From contig JBAYLD010000001.1 in the NCBI GenBank assembly GCA_041664265.1, positions 134,358 through 198,357 on the forward strand: a stretch of DNA of 64,000 nucleotides, in the 5' to 3' direction. The translations under genes and the position numbers were made by a program. Positions 8,893 to 19,078 of the stretch are shown piece after piece. The stretch comes from Minisyncoccota bacterium (lineage in GTDB: Bacteria; Patescibacteriota; Minisyncoccia; Phycocordibacterales; Phycocordibacteraceae). Position 1 is the stretch's first letter, and every line of letters starts with the position of its first letter. Below the pieces are notes generated by a model. That model searched no databases and was not told where the DNA came from. It saw nothing but the letters and a program-made list of their open reading frames with translations.

Positions 8893-9432
8893 TTAAGGGG
8901 CAGTAAATAATATTCCATAATGATGCGGCCCCGCGCGGAATGATTTCACCTTATGGAAACCATTATTGATAAAAAGTTCCTCAGCCTCGTGCTCGGTCAC
9001 GATGTGCTCGGGTGAGGGGCCCATGCCGCCATAGCTGCCAGCCCAATCGATAAGCATGAGTTTGCCGCCCGGCTTCAGCACGCGCCGCACTTCCTCGAGG
9101 AGCCCGGGGCGATGCTCGATCTGGAAGAGCGTGTTCGCGAGTATGACGGCGTCGAGCGTCGCGTCACGCAGGTGCGTACCGCCTGACTTCTCGATATTGC
9201 CCCACACCGCGTCGATGACGCCGTGGTGCGCCGCGTGCATAGTGAGCTTCAAGTGCTTCAGCACATCCTCCTGCACATCAATCGCATACACCTTCCCACC
9301 GTTGCCTTCGACAATCGCGGCGGCCGCACGCGCATAGTGGCCGCTCCCGGTGCCGAAATCAGCAACCCTCATTCCCTCGCGGAGTCCGAGCTGAAGGACA
9401 GCATCTCTGGGAGAACTAAACTGCGCATTCAT
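8893..9432 (-). CDS. Class I SAM-dependent methyltransferase
   Basis: VADFGTGSG, VYAIDVQ, RVLKPGGKL; start refined to MNAQF. Confidence 0.85.
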   Translation of the reverse strand: MNAQFSSPRDAVLQLGLREGMRVADFGTGSGHYARAAAAIVEGNGGKVYAIDVQEDVLKHLKLTMHAAHHGVIDAVWGNIEKSGGTHLRDATLDAVILANTLFQIEHRPGLLEEVRRVLKPGGKLMLIDWAGSYGGMGPSPEHIVTEHEAEELFINNGFHKVKSFRAGPHHYGILFTAP

Positions 9433-9496
9433 GCATATAAAATACCACGTACGGCCCGCCGCGGACCGCACAATCAACATTCTCTTAAAGCAAACC

Positions 9497-9517
9497 TGTG
9501 GACACCGGGTGTCTACA
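9497..9517. repeat. REP-like palindrome, left flank of RAYT 1
   Basis: tgtggacacc-g-ggtgtctaca. Confidence 0.75.
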
Positions 9518-9543
9518 AAAGATTTGCGAGTTAGTATGAGGAA

Positions 9544-10248
9544 ATGGGGTACCGAGAAAACATGACGAACTCTTGTGTGCATGCATACAACCGTGGAGTA
9601 AAGAAAATGCCTATCTTCCGAGAAAAGAACGACCTGTTGCGCCTTTTTAATAGCCTGTACTACTTCAATACCACACAAACGATGCCAGAGAACTGGATCC
9701 GCGATGTTATTAGAGAAGGTGGAATGCAAAAATTAGTGTGGCCATCTATATGGGAACCACGCGAACCGCTAGTTTCAATTCTAGCATGCACTATAATGCC
9801 AAACCATTTCCATTTACTACTTAAAGAGAAAATCGCGGGCGGTATAAGTAAATTTATGCACCGCGTCAGTATGGGATATTCAAAATTCATCAACGAGAAA
9901 TATACCGAGAGTGGTAGTCTCTTCCAAGGCGCTTACAAGGCAAGGTGTATCGATGACGATGCAGATTTAAAAAATCTTGTTGCATATATCATGATAAAGA
10001 ATTCCTTCGAAACATACCCGGGAGGATTGGAGAAAGCGTACAAAGAATTTGACCAGGCTTACGACTACGCGCTTGACTACCCGTTAACCAGTCTTGCCGA
10101 ATACACAGGGAAAAGAAAGCCGGCACTATTAGATCACAATCTCCTACGAGAGTTATTTGAAGAACCAAAATCATTCAAGGAATTCGCTCGCGATTGTATG
10201 CAAAATCGCTTCGAGCAAATGAATGATTATAGTTTCGAGAAAGTGTAG
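9544..10248 (+). CDS. REP-associated tyrosine transposase (Y1 HUH, RAYT-like) 1
   Basis: HAYNRG, CTIMPNHFHLLL (HUH), YSKFINEKY..SGSLFQG; flanked by palindromes. Confidence 0.85.
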   Translation: MGYRENMTNSCVHAYNRGVKKMPIFREKNDLLRLFNSLYYFNTTQTMPENWIRDVIREGGMQKLVWPSIWEPREPLVSILACTIMPNHFHLLLKEKIAGGISKFMHRVSMGYSKFINEKYTESGSLFQGAYKARCIDDDADLKNLVAYIMIKNSFETYPGGLEKAYKEFDQAYDYALDYPLTSLAEYTGKRKPALLDHNLLRELFEEPKSFKEFARDCMQNRFEQMNDYSFEKV

Positions 10249-10265
10249 ACACCGGGTGTCTACAC
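10243..10265. repeat. REP-like palindrome, right flank of RAYT 1, containing its stop codon
   Basis: gtgtagacacc-g-ggtgtctacac with perfect 11-bp arms. Confidence 0.8.
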
Positions 10266-10465
10266 CTCACAAATATCCTTATCTTATACCGACCGGATGT
10301 GGATAAGAATATTGAGGGAAATAAAAAAGCCGCGAGAGACGGGAGTAATTGCCTTATCGCTTTCCTCCACTAACAACGTCCTCGCGGCTACTTCAGTGTC
10401 CACCAGGAGACTTACTCCCGGCAAAGAGCCGGGTCCGGCCGAACCCGAACTCTATTTACAAAATA

Positions 10466-12952
10466 TCACAGCGCGACCATCGAGGCGATAGAGTCGCCCT
10501 CGCGCATTTTCATGATACGGACACCCTGGGTCGCACGCGAGAGGAGCGAGATCTCGGCAACGGAAGTGCGGATCACCTGCCCTTTCTTAGAGACAACGAC
10601 GAGCTCTTCTTCAGCAAGATCGCCGACGCAGACACGCGCGCCGATGATCTCGCCTGTCTTCGGCGTCACCTCGGCCGTCTTGATGCCCGAGCCGCCGCGA
10701 CCCTGAACCTTGTATTCAGAAATCTTGGTGCGCTTGCCGTATCCCTTGCTCATAATGACCAAGAGAGAAGCGTCACGGGCCGCTGCAGAAACAACCTCCG
10801 CCGAGACCACCCGATCGCCCTTCCGGACAGCCATGCCGCGCACACCGCCAGCCGTACGGCCCATCTCGCGAACGTCTTCTGTATCAAATCGAATCGACTG
10901 CCCCTTTGCGGTAACGATAGAGACCGTGTCGCCCTCGGCCGCATGATGCGCTGAGACAAGCTTGTCGCCCTTTTTCAAATTAATCGCGATAATGCCCGAG
11001 CGGCGCACGTCGGAGAACGACTTCGCTGCGACCCGCTTCACCACCCCCTGCTCGGTCACAAAGACGACCGACGACGCATCGAGCGCCGCACCCTTGGGCA
11101 CCGGCAGTATCGAGGTAACCTTTTCATCGCCCGCGAGCGCGAGGAAGTTCATAATGCTCTTGCCCTTGGTTGCGCGCTTGCCCTCCGGGATCTCGTACAT
11201 TTTGAGCTGGTACGCCTTGCCGAAGTCGGTGAAGAAGAGTAGGTCGCTGTGCGCATTCGTCACCAAGAAGTGCGTTACGATGTCTTCTTCTTTGGTCGCG
11301 ATGTCCACCACGCCGACGCCGCCGCGCTTCTGCCGTCTGTATTCGTTCGGATTCGTTCGCTTCACATAGCCGCCCTGGGTGAGGAGCAGCATCGACTCTT
11401 CGTCTGGTACGAGATCCTCCGCAGAGATGTTCTGCACGCCGCCCTTCACGATTCTCGTGCGACGATCATCGCCATATTTCTCCGCGAGCCCTTCAAGCTC
11501 ACTCTTCACCACGGCGAGGATCTTTTTGGGCGATGAGAGAATCTCCTTCAGCTTCTTGATCAGCGCTTGCACTTCGGTGAGCTCGTCTTCGAGCTTCTTG
11601 CGTTCCAGCCCGGCGAGCTTGGAGAGGCGCATTTCGAGAATCGCTGCCGCTTGCAGCACCGAAAAGCCAAATTTCTTCTGGAGCGCGAGACTCGCCGAAG
11701 GCACATCGGCCGCTTTCTTAATTATCGCGATAACCTCGTCGATATGATCGAGCGCTTTACAGAGACCGAGGAGTATATGTTCGCGCGCTTCAGCCTGCCG
11801 CAAATCAAATTCGGTGCGACGCTTCACCACTTCTTGGCGATGGTGTACGAAATGCTCCAGCATTCCCGAGAGCGAGAGCATTTCTGGTACGCCATCAACC
11901 AACGCGAGCATGTTGTAGTGGAACGTGCTCTCGAGCTCGGTGTGCTTGTATAAAGCGTTCAAAACCGCCTGCGGATGCGCGGTGCCCTTAAGCTCAACCA
12001 CGACGCGGATATCGGTCGTAGATTCATCACGCAAGTCGCGGATACCCTCAAGCTTTTTCTCCTGCACCAGCTCGGCGATGCGTGCGATGAGCTCGCTCTT
12101 GTTTACGCGGTATGGGATGGAGGTGATGATGATGTGCGTATCCTTCTTCCCGTCATCCACAATCTCTGCCTCGCCGCGCACCACCACTGGTCCCTTGCCG
12201 CTGCCATAGACATGCTTGATATCTGTTTGATTAAACGCGACACCGCCCAAGGGGAAATCGGGACCCTTCACAAACTGGAGGAGGTCATCGGTCGTTGCGC
12301 CCGGATTGTCTATAGAATGGATAGCAGCAGCGACGACTTCACGAAGGTTGTGCGGCGGAATGTTGGTCGCCATCCCCACCGCGATGCCGAGCGTGCCGTT
12401 CAAGAGCAAATTCGGCAGTGCAGAAGGGAGCACACTCGGCTCGTCTCGCGTCGCGTCATAATTCGGGTTCCACGCGACGGTCTCCTTCTCGAGATCGGTA
12501 AGGAGCGCCTCGCCGATGCGCGACATCTTTGCTTCGGTATAACGCATCGCCGCTGGCGAGTCGCCGTCGATAGAGCCGAAGTTGCCCTGCCCTAACACAA
12601 GCGGGTAGCGATAGGAGAATTCCTGCGCCATCTTCGCCATAGAGTCATACACCGCAACATCACCGTGCGGATGATATTTGCCGAGCACATCGCCGACCAC
12701 GAGCGCCGATTTGCGGAACTTCGAGCTAGGACCGAGACCGAGGCCCTGCATCGCGTAGAGGATGCGGCGGTGTACCGGCTTCAACCCGTCGCGCACGTCT
12801 GGCAAAGCGCGGCTCGTGATGACCGACATCGCGTAGTCGAGATACGAGGTGCGCATCTCGGCCACGATCGGCTGATCAATGACATTCGCGGCGACTGATT
12901 GCCCCAAAGGGGCAACCGCGTTTCTATCCTTGTCATCTTTACTGCGCGCCAT
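10466..12952 (-). CDS. gyrA: DNA gyrase subunit A
   Basis: [29 protein letters not shown], GyrA box QKRGGVG. Confidence 0.97.
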   Translation of the reverse strand: MARSKDDKDRNAVAPLGQSVAANVIDQPIVAEMRTSYLDYAMSVITSRALPDVRDGLKPVHRRILYAMQGLGLGPSSKFRKSALVVGDVLGKYHPHGDVAVYDSMAKMAQEFSYRYPLVLGQGNFGSIDGDSPAAMRYTEAKMSRIGEALLTDLEKETVAWNPNYDATRDEPSVLPSALPNLLLNGTLGIAVGMATNIPPHNLREVVAAAIHSIDNPGATTDDLLQFVKGPDFPLGGVAFNQTDIKHVYGSGKGPVVVRGEAEIVDDGKKDTHIIITSIPYRVNKSELIARIAELVQEKKLEGIRDLRDESTTDIRVVVELKGTAHPQAVLNALYKHTELESTFHYNMLALVDGVPEMLSLSGMLEHFVHHRQEVVKRRTEFDLRQAEAREHILLGLCKALDHIDEVIAIIKKAADVPSASLALQKKFGFSVLQAAAILEMRLSKLAGLERKKLEDELTEVQALIKKLKEILSSPKKILAVVKSELEGLAEKYGDDRRTRIVKGGVQNISAEDLVPDEESMLLLTQGGYVKRTNPNEYRRQKRGGVGVVDIATKEEDIVTHFLVTNAHSDLLFFTDFGKAYQLKMYEIPEGKRATKGKSIMNFLALAGDEKVTSILPVPKGAALDASSVVFVTEQGVVKRVAAKSFSDVRRSGIIAINLKKGDKLVSAHHAAEGDTVSIVTAKGQSIRFDTEDVREMGRTAGGVRGMAVRKGDRVVSAEVVSAAARDASLLVIMSKGYGKRTKISEYKVQGRGGSGIKTAEVTPKTGEIIGARVCVGDLAEEELVVVSKKGQVIRTSVAEISLLSRATQGVRIMKMREGDSIASMVAL

Positions 12953-12985
12953 ACAAGATATTTAAAAATTTAAGTATTCAAACAT

Positions 12986-13330
12986 TTAAAAAGGTATCGT
13001 TGTCTGCTCGGATTGCCTCCCTGAAGAGGTCGCGGGCGAGGTATCGACGATCTCGATGTGTGCGGGAGAATCAATATCAGAAAGGGCAGATGCGGCGCCG
13101 GCAAGCCCGGCAACATCGGCACTGGGACGGTCAACGTCGGCAGCGGGACGACCAGTACTGTCAGCAAAATTACTCCCCTGAATCGCGAATGCATCCGTAG
13201 AGAGCGAACCCGCGAGCCAGACGAATGCGACGAGCGCCGTGCCAAGTCCGGCAGTGGCAAACACGATCTGTTTGCGGACATGGTGCGGCTTCCCTTTTGC
13301 ATATTCAATATGTTCAAAAATGGTTTTCAT
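12986..13330 (-). CDS. Hypothetical membrane protein
   Basis: KPHHVRKQIVF followed by a TM helix; in line with flanking minus-strand genes. Confidence 0.6.
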   Translation of the reverse strand: MKTIFEHIEYAKGKPHHVRKQIVFATAGLGTALVAFVWLAGSLSTDAFAIQGSNFADSTGRPAADVDRPSADVAGLAGAASALSDIDSPAHIEIVDTSPATSSGRQSEQTTIPF

Positions 13331-13335
13331 GAGAA

Positions 13336-13977
13336 CTAGGGCGTTATCACCAGTATACTCCCGTCGCGACCGATGAGGTCTTTCTTCTTCAATGTGAGCT
13401 TATCAACGGTGTCGCTCCCGTTCCCCGCCTCCTTAAGGAAGGTCTCGAGCGCTTTCGCCTGCCCGATCCCGTCCCAATGCATCGGGATGATGATCTTCGG
13501 CTCGAGTGAGACGGCGAGCTCGTGCGCGGCGGCGGGCGAGAGCACACCCTCGCCTCCGATCGGAGCGAAGAGCACATCTATCTCGCCGATATTTTCGCGC
13601 GCTTCCTTTGAGAGCTCAGTGTCGGCGAGCGCGCCCAAGTGTACGAGCGTCATGTCTTCAAGTTCGACGCTGTAAATAGTGTTCACCGCCTCGTCTTGAC
13701 CCTTCGCGAGACCAAACTTGCTCTTGGAGAGGAATCCCTGGATAGTGACCCCCTGCCGCTCATATTCGCCGGGGCCGGTAATTGCAAAGGGCTTTTTGTC
13801 GCCATAGGTCACTTCTTCAATGCCATTCATGTCTGGGTGGTCGCGCGAGACGAGCGCAATGTCGGCGCCGAAGCGCACCGGCGACAATGACGCGCCCTTG
13901 GCTATCGGATCAAAGACAAGAGTCAAGTCACCGAAGGTGACTTTGAAGCACTGCCCGCCGTGATGGGTTATGACCAT
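13336..13977 (-). CDS. MBL-fold metallo-hydrolase
   Basis: ITHHGGQCF, DHPDMN, VHLGAL, PKIIIPMHW. Confidence 0.85.
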   Translation of the reverse strand: MVITHHGGQCFKVTFGDLTLVFDPIAKGASLSPVRFGADIALVSRDHPDMNGIEEVTYGDKKPFAITGPGEYERQGVTIQGFLSKSKFGLAKGQDEAVNTIYSVELEDMTLVHLGALADTELSKEARENIGEIDVLFAPIGGEGVLSPAAAHELAVSLEPKIIIPMHWDGIGQAKALETFLKEAGNGSDTVDKLTLKKKDLIGRDGSILVITP

Positions 13978-14276
13978 ATAGTGCCTCTATTTTAGCATAA
14001 ATCACCCTTATCCACAACGGGTTTTTAGGAGCCGTTGCGAAGAAAAGTGACTCTTGGTATATTTTAAGTGAACCACTGATCTTTCTATCGGCCAAGTGTT
14101 TGTTCCCTACCAATCCTTTAACCAGCACCCGCTTCTCTCCGGAGAGCGGGTGGCTTTTTATTTAATAAACCCCGTGCTATAGTCCACTCGTTGCGTGCAG
14201 AGAACTAGATTCTGGCTAACCCTTAGCGCCTCACGGCGCGAGCACCAGTTTCGAAAATCCGCACTGCTTTATATAT

Positions 14277-15401
14277 ATGTCTGAAGAGAAGTCTGGAGTG
14301 AAGGTCGCTCCGTTGCCGACCATACATCTTGAGAAGGGCCATCCGATGGAGGCTCTGATTGACGCTATCCCCACACCGCCATCAGCGAGCGATCTCGTCG
14401 AGGGCACTATCATCGCCATCAGCCGCGGACGCGTCTATGTCGACCTGCCGCCCTTTGGTACCGGCATCATCTATGGCCGCGAATATTTGAACGCCGCCGA
14501 CGTGTTGCGCAAGGCGAACCCAGGCGACACTATCAGCGCGAAGGTCATCGACCCGGCCGGCCGCGATGGCTATATCGAGCTCTCGCTCAAGGAGGCGCGT
14601 CAGGCAGCTATCTGGGGCGAAGCCGAGACCGCAATCCTCTCGCAGACGCCGTACTCGCTCGTGGTTGAAGAAGCGAACAAGGGCGGTCTCATTCTCTCTT
14701 GGCAGGGCATCCAAGGGTTCCTCCCCGCTTCGCAACTCTCCAAAGATCATTATCCGCGCGTGCCGGAAGGCGATAAGGAAAAGATCCTCGGCGAACTCAT
14801 GAATCTCGTCGGGCATCCGCTCTCGGTACGAATCATCACCGCCGACGCGAAGGAGGGCAAGCTGATCTTCTCCGAGCGCACCGGGAACGAGGCAGAAGAG
14901 AAGGCGTCACTCATCGACAAATACCAAGTCGGCGACACAGCAACAGGAGAAGTGACGGGAGTCGTCGACTTCGGCGTCTTTGTGAAGCTCGAGCAAGGAT
15001 TGGAGGGTCTCGCACACATCAGCGAGCTCGATTGGGGCCTCGTCGAAGATCCGCATGCGCTCTTTAATGTCGGTGATGCGGTGAAGGTCAAGATTATCGA
15101 GATTAAAGAGGGCAAGATCTCCCTCTCGATCAAGGCCTTGAAGGAGAATCCGTGGCACACCGCCGCCGATCGCTACAAGAAGGGCATGGAGGTGCCGGGC
15201 GTCATCATCAAGTACAACAAGCATGGCGCGCTCGCCTCGATCGAGGAGGGCGTGGCGGGCCTCGTGCATGTGAGCGAATTCGAATCGCCCGCGGCGCTCC
15301 GCGAGACCTTGGAACTCGGCAAGACATACCCCTTCACCATCGCCCTCTTTGAACCAAAGGAGCAGCGCATGACGTTGACGTATACCGGTAAGAAGAAGTA
15401 A
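14277..15401 (+). CDS. rpsA: 30S ribosomal protein S1
   Basis: Four S1 repeats (GFLPASQL, FGVFV..GLAHISEL, GLVHVSE). Confidence 0.9.
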   Translation: MSEEKSGVKVAPLPTIHLEKGHPMEALIDAIPTPPSASDLVEGTIIAISRGRVYVDLPPFGTGIIYGREYLNAADVLRKANPGDTISAKVIDPAGRDGYIELSLKEARQAAIWGEAETAILSQTPYSLVVEEANKGGLILSWQGIQGFLPASQLSKDHYPRVPEGDKEKILGELMNLVGHPLSVRIITADAKEGKLIFSERTGNEAEEKASLIDKYQVGDTATGEVTGVVDFGVFVKLEQGLEGLAHISELDWGLVEDPHALFNVGDAVKVKIIEIKEGKISLSIKALKENPWHTAADRYKKGMEVPGVIIKYNKHGALASIEEGVAGLVHVSEFESPAALRETLELGKTYPFTIALFEPKEQRMTLTYTGKKK

Positions 15402-15410
15402 AAAGACATT

Positions 15411-15447
15411 AAAAAAAACGCCCCCGTGAAAACGGGGGCGTTTTTTT
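15411..15447. terminator. Bidirectional terminator between rpsA and pth
   Basis: A8-cgcccccgt-gaaa-acgggggcg-T7. Confidence 0.85.
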
Positions 15448-15448
15448 G

Positions 15449-16051
15449 TTATCGCGTGTTAGTGAACTGGGTCGCGGATTCAATACCTTCAGTCGCGAAG
15501 AGGCGCGCGGACTCGGCGACTTTTTTGAGGACTTTTTTGAGAGCTGCTTCTTCGCTCGGCTTCCACTTCCCGATTACATGCTTGATGACTTTTTCTTCCT
15601 TGTCCGCCGTAGCCTTGGCGAAGGCGGGACCGCTCTTTTTGGGAGAAATCCCGATTCTGATGCGTGCAAATTCTTTTGTCTTTATCGCACGCATAATGCT
15701 CTCGACGCCCTTGTGCCCGCCGCTCCCGCGGCCGAACACCATTTTTATCGTACCGAGCGGCAGATCGAGATCGTCGTGAACGACGAGTAGGCTCTTCGCC
15801 GCTTTGGGCGACTTTATGAACGCACTCACAGCCTTCCCCGAGAGATTCATCATCGTCTCGGGCAACACAAGGACCGCGCTCTCAGTGCCGATGGCGCCTT
15901 TCGTCACGAGCGCATTACTCGTTTTGTTAAAAACAAAGTCATCAAAGCCCTCCTGCTTTGCAAGAAGCTCCACCACGCTTCGCCCGGCGTTGTGCCGCGT
16001 CTTTTCATACTCCTTACCCGGGTTCCCGAGCCCTGCGATGACGAGTGTCAT
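15449..16051 (-). CDS. pth: Peptidyl-tRNA hydrolase
   Basis: GLGNPGKEYEKTRHNAG, MNLSG, VHDDLDL, GGHKGVESI. Confidence 0.95.
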   Translation of the reverse strand: MTLVIAGLGNPGKEYEKTRHNAGRSVVELLAKQEGFDDFVFNKTSNALVTKGAIGTESAVLVLPETMMNLSGKAVSAFIKSPKAAKSLLVVHDDLDLPLGTIKMVFGRGSGGHKGVESIMRAIKTKEFARIRIGISPKKSGPAFAKATADKEEKVIKHVIGKWKPSEEAALKKVLKKVAESARLFATEGIESATQFTNTR

Positions 16052-16137
16052 GCACGTATGGTAGCAGAAAATTTACCCAACACTACATTTTTAGTGCTTG
16101 GGGTTGCACTCCACGAACACACGAGTACAATGCGTGT

Positions 16138-16725
16138 ATGCAAGATTCTTGGAAAGGTCTTCTGAAGGATCTTTTCACGCTCGCACTCCTTATCGTGGTC
16201 GTGGTGATCCCGATCCGCGTTTTTGTTATTTCCCCCTTTGTCGTTGACGGCGAATCGATGCATCCCACCTTCAAGAATCTTGATTACCTGATCATCGACG
16301 AATTTCTCTACAACTTCAAAGCGCCCGAACGCGGCGACGTGATCGTCTTCCGCTACCCCAGCGATCCTTCCCTCTTCTATATCAAGCGCATTATCGGCCT
16401 TCCTGGCGAGACGGTCTCGATCAACCGCGGCGTTGTCACTATCATCAAAAGCGACGGGAGCGAGCTCGCGCTTACCGAGCCATATATCGTAAACGAGGAT
16501 GCGACCTATACCAAAAATGTCTCGCTTGATTCTGAAGAATATTTTGTCATGGGCGATAATCGTCCCAACAGCTCCGACTCGCGCGTCTGGGGCTCCTTAC
16601 CCAAGGACAACATCATCGGCCGCGTCGACCTCCGACTCCTCCCGATTTCAAAAAGCGGCTTCTTCCCCGGCGCAGTGACATACGCACCTCTCACGCCAAG
16701 TTCAACCCTACCCGTGTCACCATGA
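16138..16725 (+). CDS. lepB: Signal peptidase I
   Basis: GESMHPT (Ser), YIKRIIGLPGE (Lys), GDNRPNSSDSR. Confidence 0.95.
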   Translation: MQDSWKGLLKDLFTLALLIVVVVIPIRVFVISPFVVDGESMHPTFKNLDYLIIDEFLYNFKAPERGDVIVFRYPSDPSLFYIKRIIGLPGETVSINRGVVTIIKSDGSELALTEPYIVNEDATYTKNVSLDSEEYFVMGDNRPNSSDSRVWGSLPKDNIIGRVDLRLLPISKSGFFPGAVTYAPLTPSSTLPVSP

Positions 16726-16738
16726 CCCATTCAATTAC

Positions 16739-17914
16739 ATGCAGGGTCATAGCGAGCCTTATCGAACTATGATGCGCGAGGTCATTCCCGGAGAAGAACT
16801 CTTGAACAAATCGCACGCCATCGGCCAGTACTATGGTTTTGTCCCGCTCGCAACGCTCACCGGGCGAACACGCAGCATTGCGCGAGTGAAAACAAGCAAC
16901 CCCAGTGCCCCCGTCGACCTCGGAGAGGATCCTATCGCCAACACGGTAGCGAGCTTTTTAAAACAATGTCAGAACATAAACTGTGTACCTTCTCCGCGAC
17001 AACCGACCTTCATCTGGCACACGAACATCGCTCCAGGCCGCCCTGTGCATAAGAAAATGACGGTGCAGTTCCATGCGCTCGGCACAGATCGTGCAATCGC
17101 CGATGCGGTCGTTATCCGTGCACTCCTCGCACTCTCGCGCGACCTCTTCCGTACCGAGACTACCGTCCGTATTAATTCGATGGGCGACAAAGAGACCCGG
17201 GCGCGCTACGCGCGTGAACTTGGCGTCTTCTTTAAAAAACGTGCAAACACGCTCCCTGAAGAATGCCTCGAATGCGCCCGGCGCGATGTGCTTGAAGCAG
17301 CCGAGCTTGCGCTCGCGCGCGGCTGGGTGGATGACGTCCCTTCTCCGACCGACCATCTCTCGGACGCGAGCCGTAAGCGCTTCGAGGATTTGCTTGAATA
17401 TCTCGAGATGACCGAGACGCCCTATGAGCTCGCACGCACCCTGATCAGCCGCGGCAGCGCTTGGAGCGACATATGCTTCGAGATTATGGCGGGTGATCGG
17501 CGCGTCGCGTGGGGTTCGCGCTACACCGACCTCACGCGCCACTTCTTCCCCACTGCGCCCTTTAGCGCGACTGGTGCCGTACTCCAAGTAGCTGGCGAGG
17601 GCGCGATCGTCGAAAAAATACCATCGGTACGAGTGCGGTTCTCGTTCGTCCATATTGGTGATGAGGCGAAGAGGATATCTATTCGCCTGGCCGAGGACTT
17701 CAAGAAAGCGCGCATCCCCCTTACCCAAGACATCGGCGTCGAATCGTTGGCCGAGCAACTCCATCTCGCCGAACGGCGCGAGAGCCCCTACCTCCTCATC
17801 ATGGGCCGCAAAGAGGCACTCGAGGGCTCGGCGATCCTCCGCAACCGCCAAACGCAAGAAGAGACTATCCTCCCCCTCGCCGGCCTCATCGACCGCCTGA
17901 AGGCGTTTGCTTAA
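16739..17914 (+). CDS. Degenerate histidyl-tRNA-synthetase-like protein
   Basis: RINSMGDKETRARY and the C-terminal anticodon-binding domain are HisRS-like, but motif 2 and the RGLDYY/GGRYD motifs are eroded. Confidence 0.7.
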   Translation: MQGHSEPYRTMMREVIPGEELLNKSHAIGQYYGFVPLATLTGRTRSIARVKTSNPSAPVDLGEDPIANTVASFLKQCQNINCVPSPRQPTFIWHTNIAPGRPVHKKMTVQFHALGTDRAIADAVVIRALLALSRDLFRTETTVRINSMGDKETRARYARELGVFFKKRANTLPEECLECARRDVLEAAELALARGWVDDVPSPTDHLSDASRKRFEDLLEYLEMTETPYELARTLISRGSAWSDICFEIMAGDRRVAWGSRYTDLTRHFFPTAPFSATGAVLQVAGEGAIVEKIPSVRVRFSFVHIGDEAKRISIRLAEDFKKARIPLTQDIGVESLAEQLHLAERRESPYLLIMGRKEALEGSAILRNRQTQEETILPLAGLIDRLKAFA

Positions 17915-17915
17915 C

Positions 17916-17967
17916 AGAACTGCGAGTCTGACTCGCAGTTCTCGTGACTTGGACATCCGATGTCCAA
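17916..17967. repeat. Two adjacent palindromes (terminator-like and REP-like)
   Basis: agaactgcgagtc-t-gactcgcagttct (17916-17942) and ttggacatc-c-gatgtccaa (17949-17967). Confidence 0.7.
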
Positions 17968-18040
17968 TTTGGTACCCTACTCTCCGGACGCTATTTGCTA
18001 CAGAACTGCAGTTAAACCTAAAAGAAAGAGGAGGTGCATC

Positions 18041-18733
18041 ATGGCACGGAAGCTAGTCACGCAGTACGAGTTTGACATGTTGGGGGCGGCACTTAAACAG
18101 GAGGGGTGGCAAGTTGAATCCCAATATTCGGGAGACGATCCTGAGCCGATAATGCTCAACATTGTCGACTTTCGGCTCGTCCCCTTCGACACAGGGAGAG
18201 TGACCCTCTCTTTGACTCTCCAAGAGGAAGGAGACGGTTTTAAGGAGAAAATCGAAATGGAAGTCAAGAGGGTCTTTGCCGAGGGGAAACTCGGCATCAT
18301 CACTTGTGAAATGCGTCGATTCAGTATCGCGGTTCGAAATCTGCCAAAGCAGTATCGTCCGAACGCGCGTGCAGGATTCGGATATTGGCGCGTACTTGAA
18401 TCGAGAGACTTCGGCATTCGTTTCACACGGAGCAAGGCCGCTGCGCCGGGGTGGCCCCTATACAAGCACCTCCAGCACCACCAACATCCGACGTACGGAT
18501 TTGAGGAACATCAACGCCAGTATGGAAACGGTGAGAACCTGCTTCGAACCCCAGATCTAGCACAACCACGAGCACTGCAGGTCGGCGACAGGCTCGCGAC
18601 GGGAGAACAAGTACTTTCTCCTCCGAGGAGGGGGTACAACAGCTCCGTCCTGATTCATATCGGAGACAAAGAACATAGCTGTTGGATCAGCGTTGCACCT
18701 CGGCTTCCGATTGCCCTGACTCCCCGATTATAA
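18041..18733 (+). CDS. Hypothetical protein
   Basis: SD gaggagg before ATG 18041; followed by a hairpin terminator at about 18737-18772. Confidence 0.65.
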   Translation: MARKLVTQYEFDMLGAALKQEGWQVESQYSGDDPEPIMLNIVDFRLVPFDTGRVTLSLTLQEEGDGFKEKIEMEVKRVFAEGKLGIITCEMRRFSIAVRNLPKQYRPNARAGFGYWRVLESRDFGIRFTRSKAAAPGWPLYKHLQHHQHPTYGFEEHQRQYGNGENLLRTPDLAQPRALQVGDRLATGEQVLSPPRRGYNSSVLIHIGDKEHSCWISVAPRLPIALTPRL

Positions 18734-18807
18734 TCAAGCCCACGAAAAGCCCATATGCTTTTCGTGGGCTTTTCGTTTTTAACATGGTGTGATAGAGTCT
18801 GATAATC

Positions 18808-19071
18808 ATGGCTGTAGCAGGAACACGAGTCGCCGTAGAGCGCGGGAAGAACGAGAGTTCAACCGCGCTTATTCGCCGCTTCACCCGCCGCGCGCAGGGC
18901 TTGGGTCTTGTGCGCGAGATGCGTGACCGCCGTTATTTCAAGCGAACAAAGTCGAAGAACGTCGGCTTGAAGCGTGCACTCATCAACAAGACCCGCCGCG
19001 AGAACTACAACGAGCTGGTGAAGCTCGGCAAAATAGACCCTGCGGCCAAGAAGGTGCGCGGCAAGCGCTAA
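18808..19071 (+). CDS. rpsU: 30S ribosomal protein S21
   Basis: NESSTALIRRFTRR...VREMRDRRYF; small and basic. Confidence 0.75.
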   Translation: MAVAGTRVAVERGKNESSTALIRRFTRRAQGLGLVREMRDRRYFKRTKSKNVGLKRALINKTRRENYNELVKLGKIDPAAKKVRGKR

Positions 19072-19078
19072 ACAAACA

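Noticed and set aside
14008-14016. DnaA-box-like TTATCCACA (also TGTGGATAA near 10298) as a replication origin
   Set aside because: The boxes are isolated, with no cluster, no AT-rich unwinding element and no dnaA nearby.
14020-14270. Possible ncRNA (6S-like) or rpsA leader in the intergenic region
   Set aside because: There is a terminator-like hairpin near 14125-14160, but I could not build a convincing fold or match a family by eye. It needs an Rfam scan.
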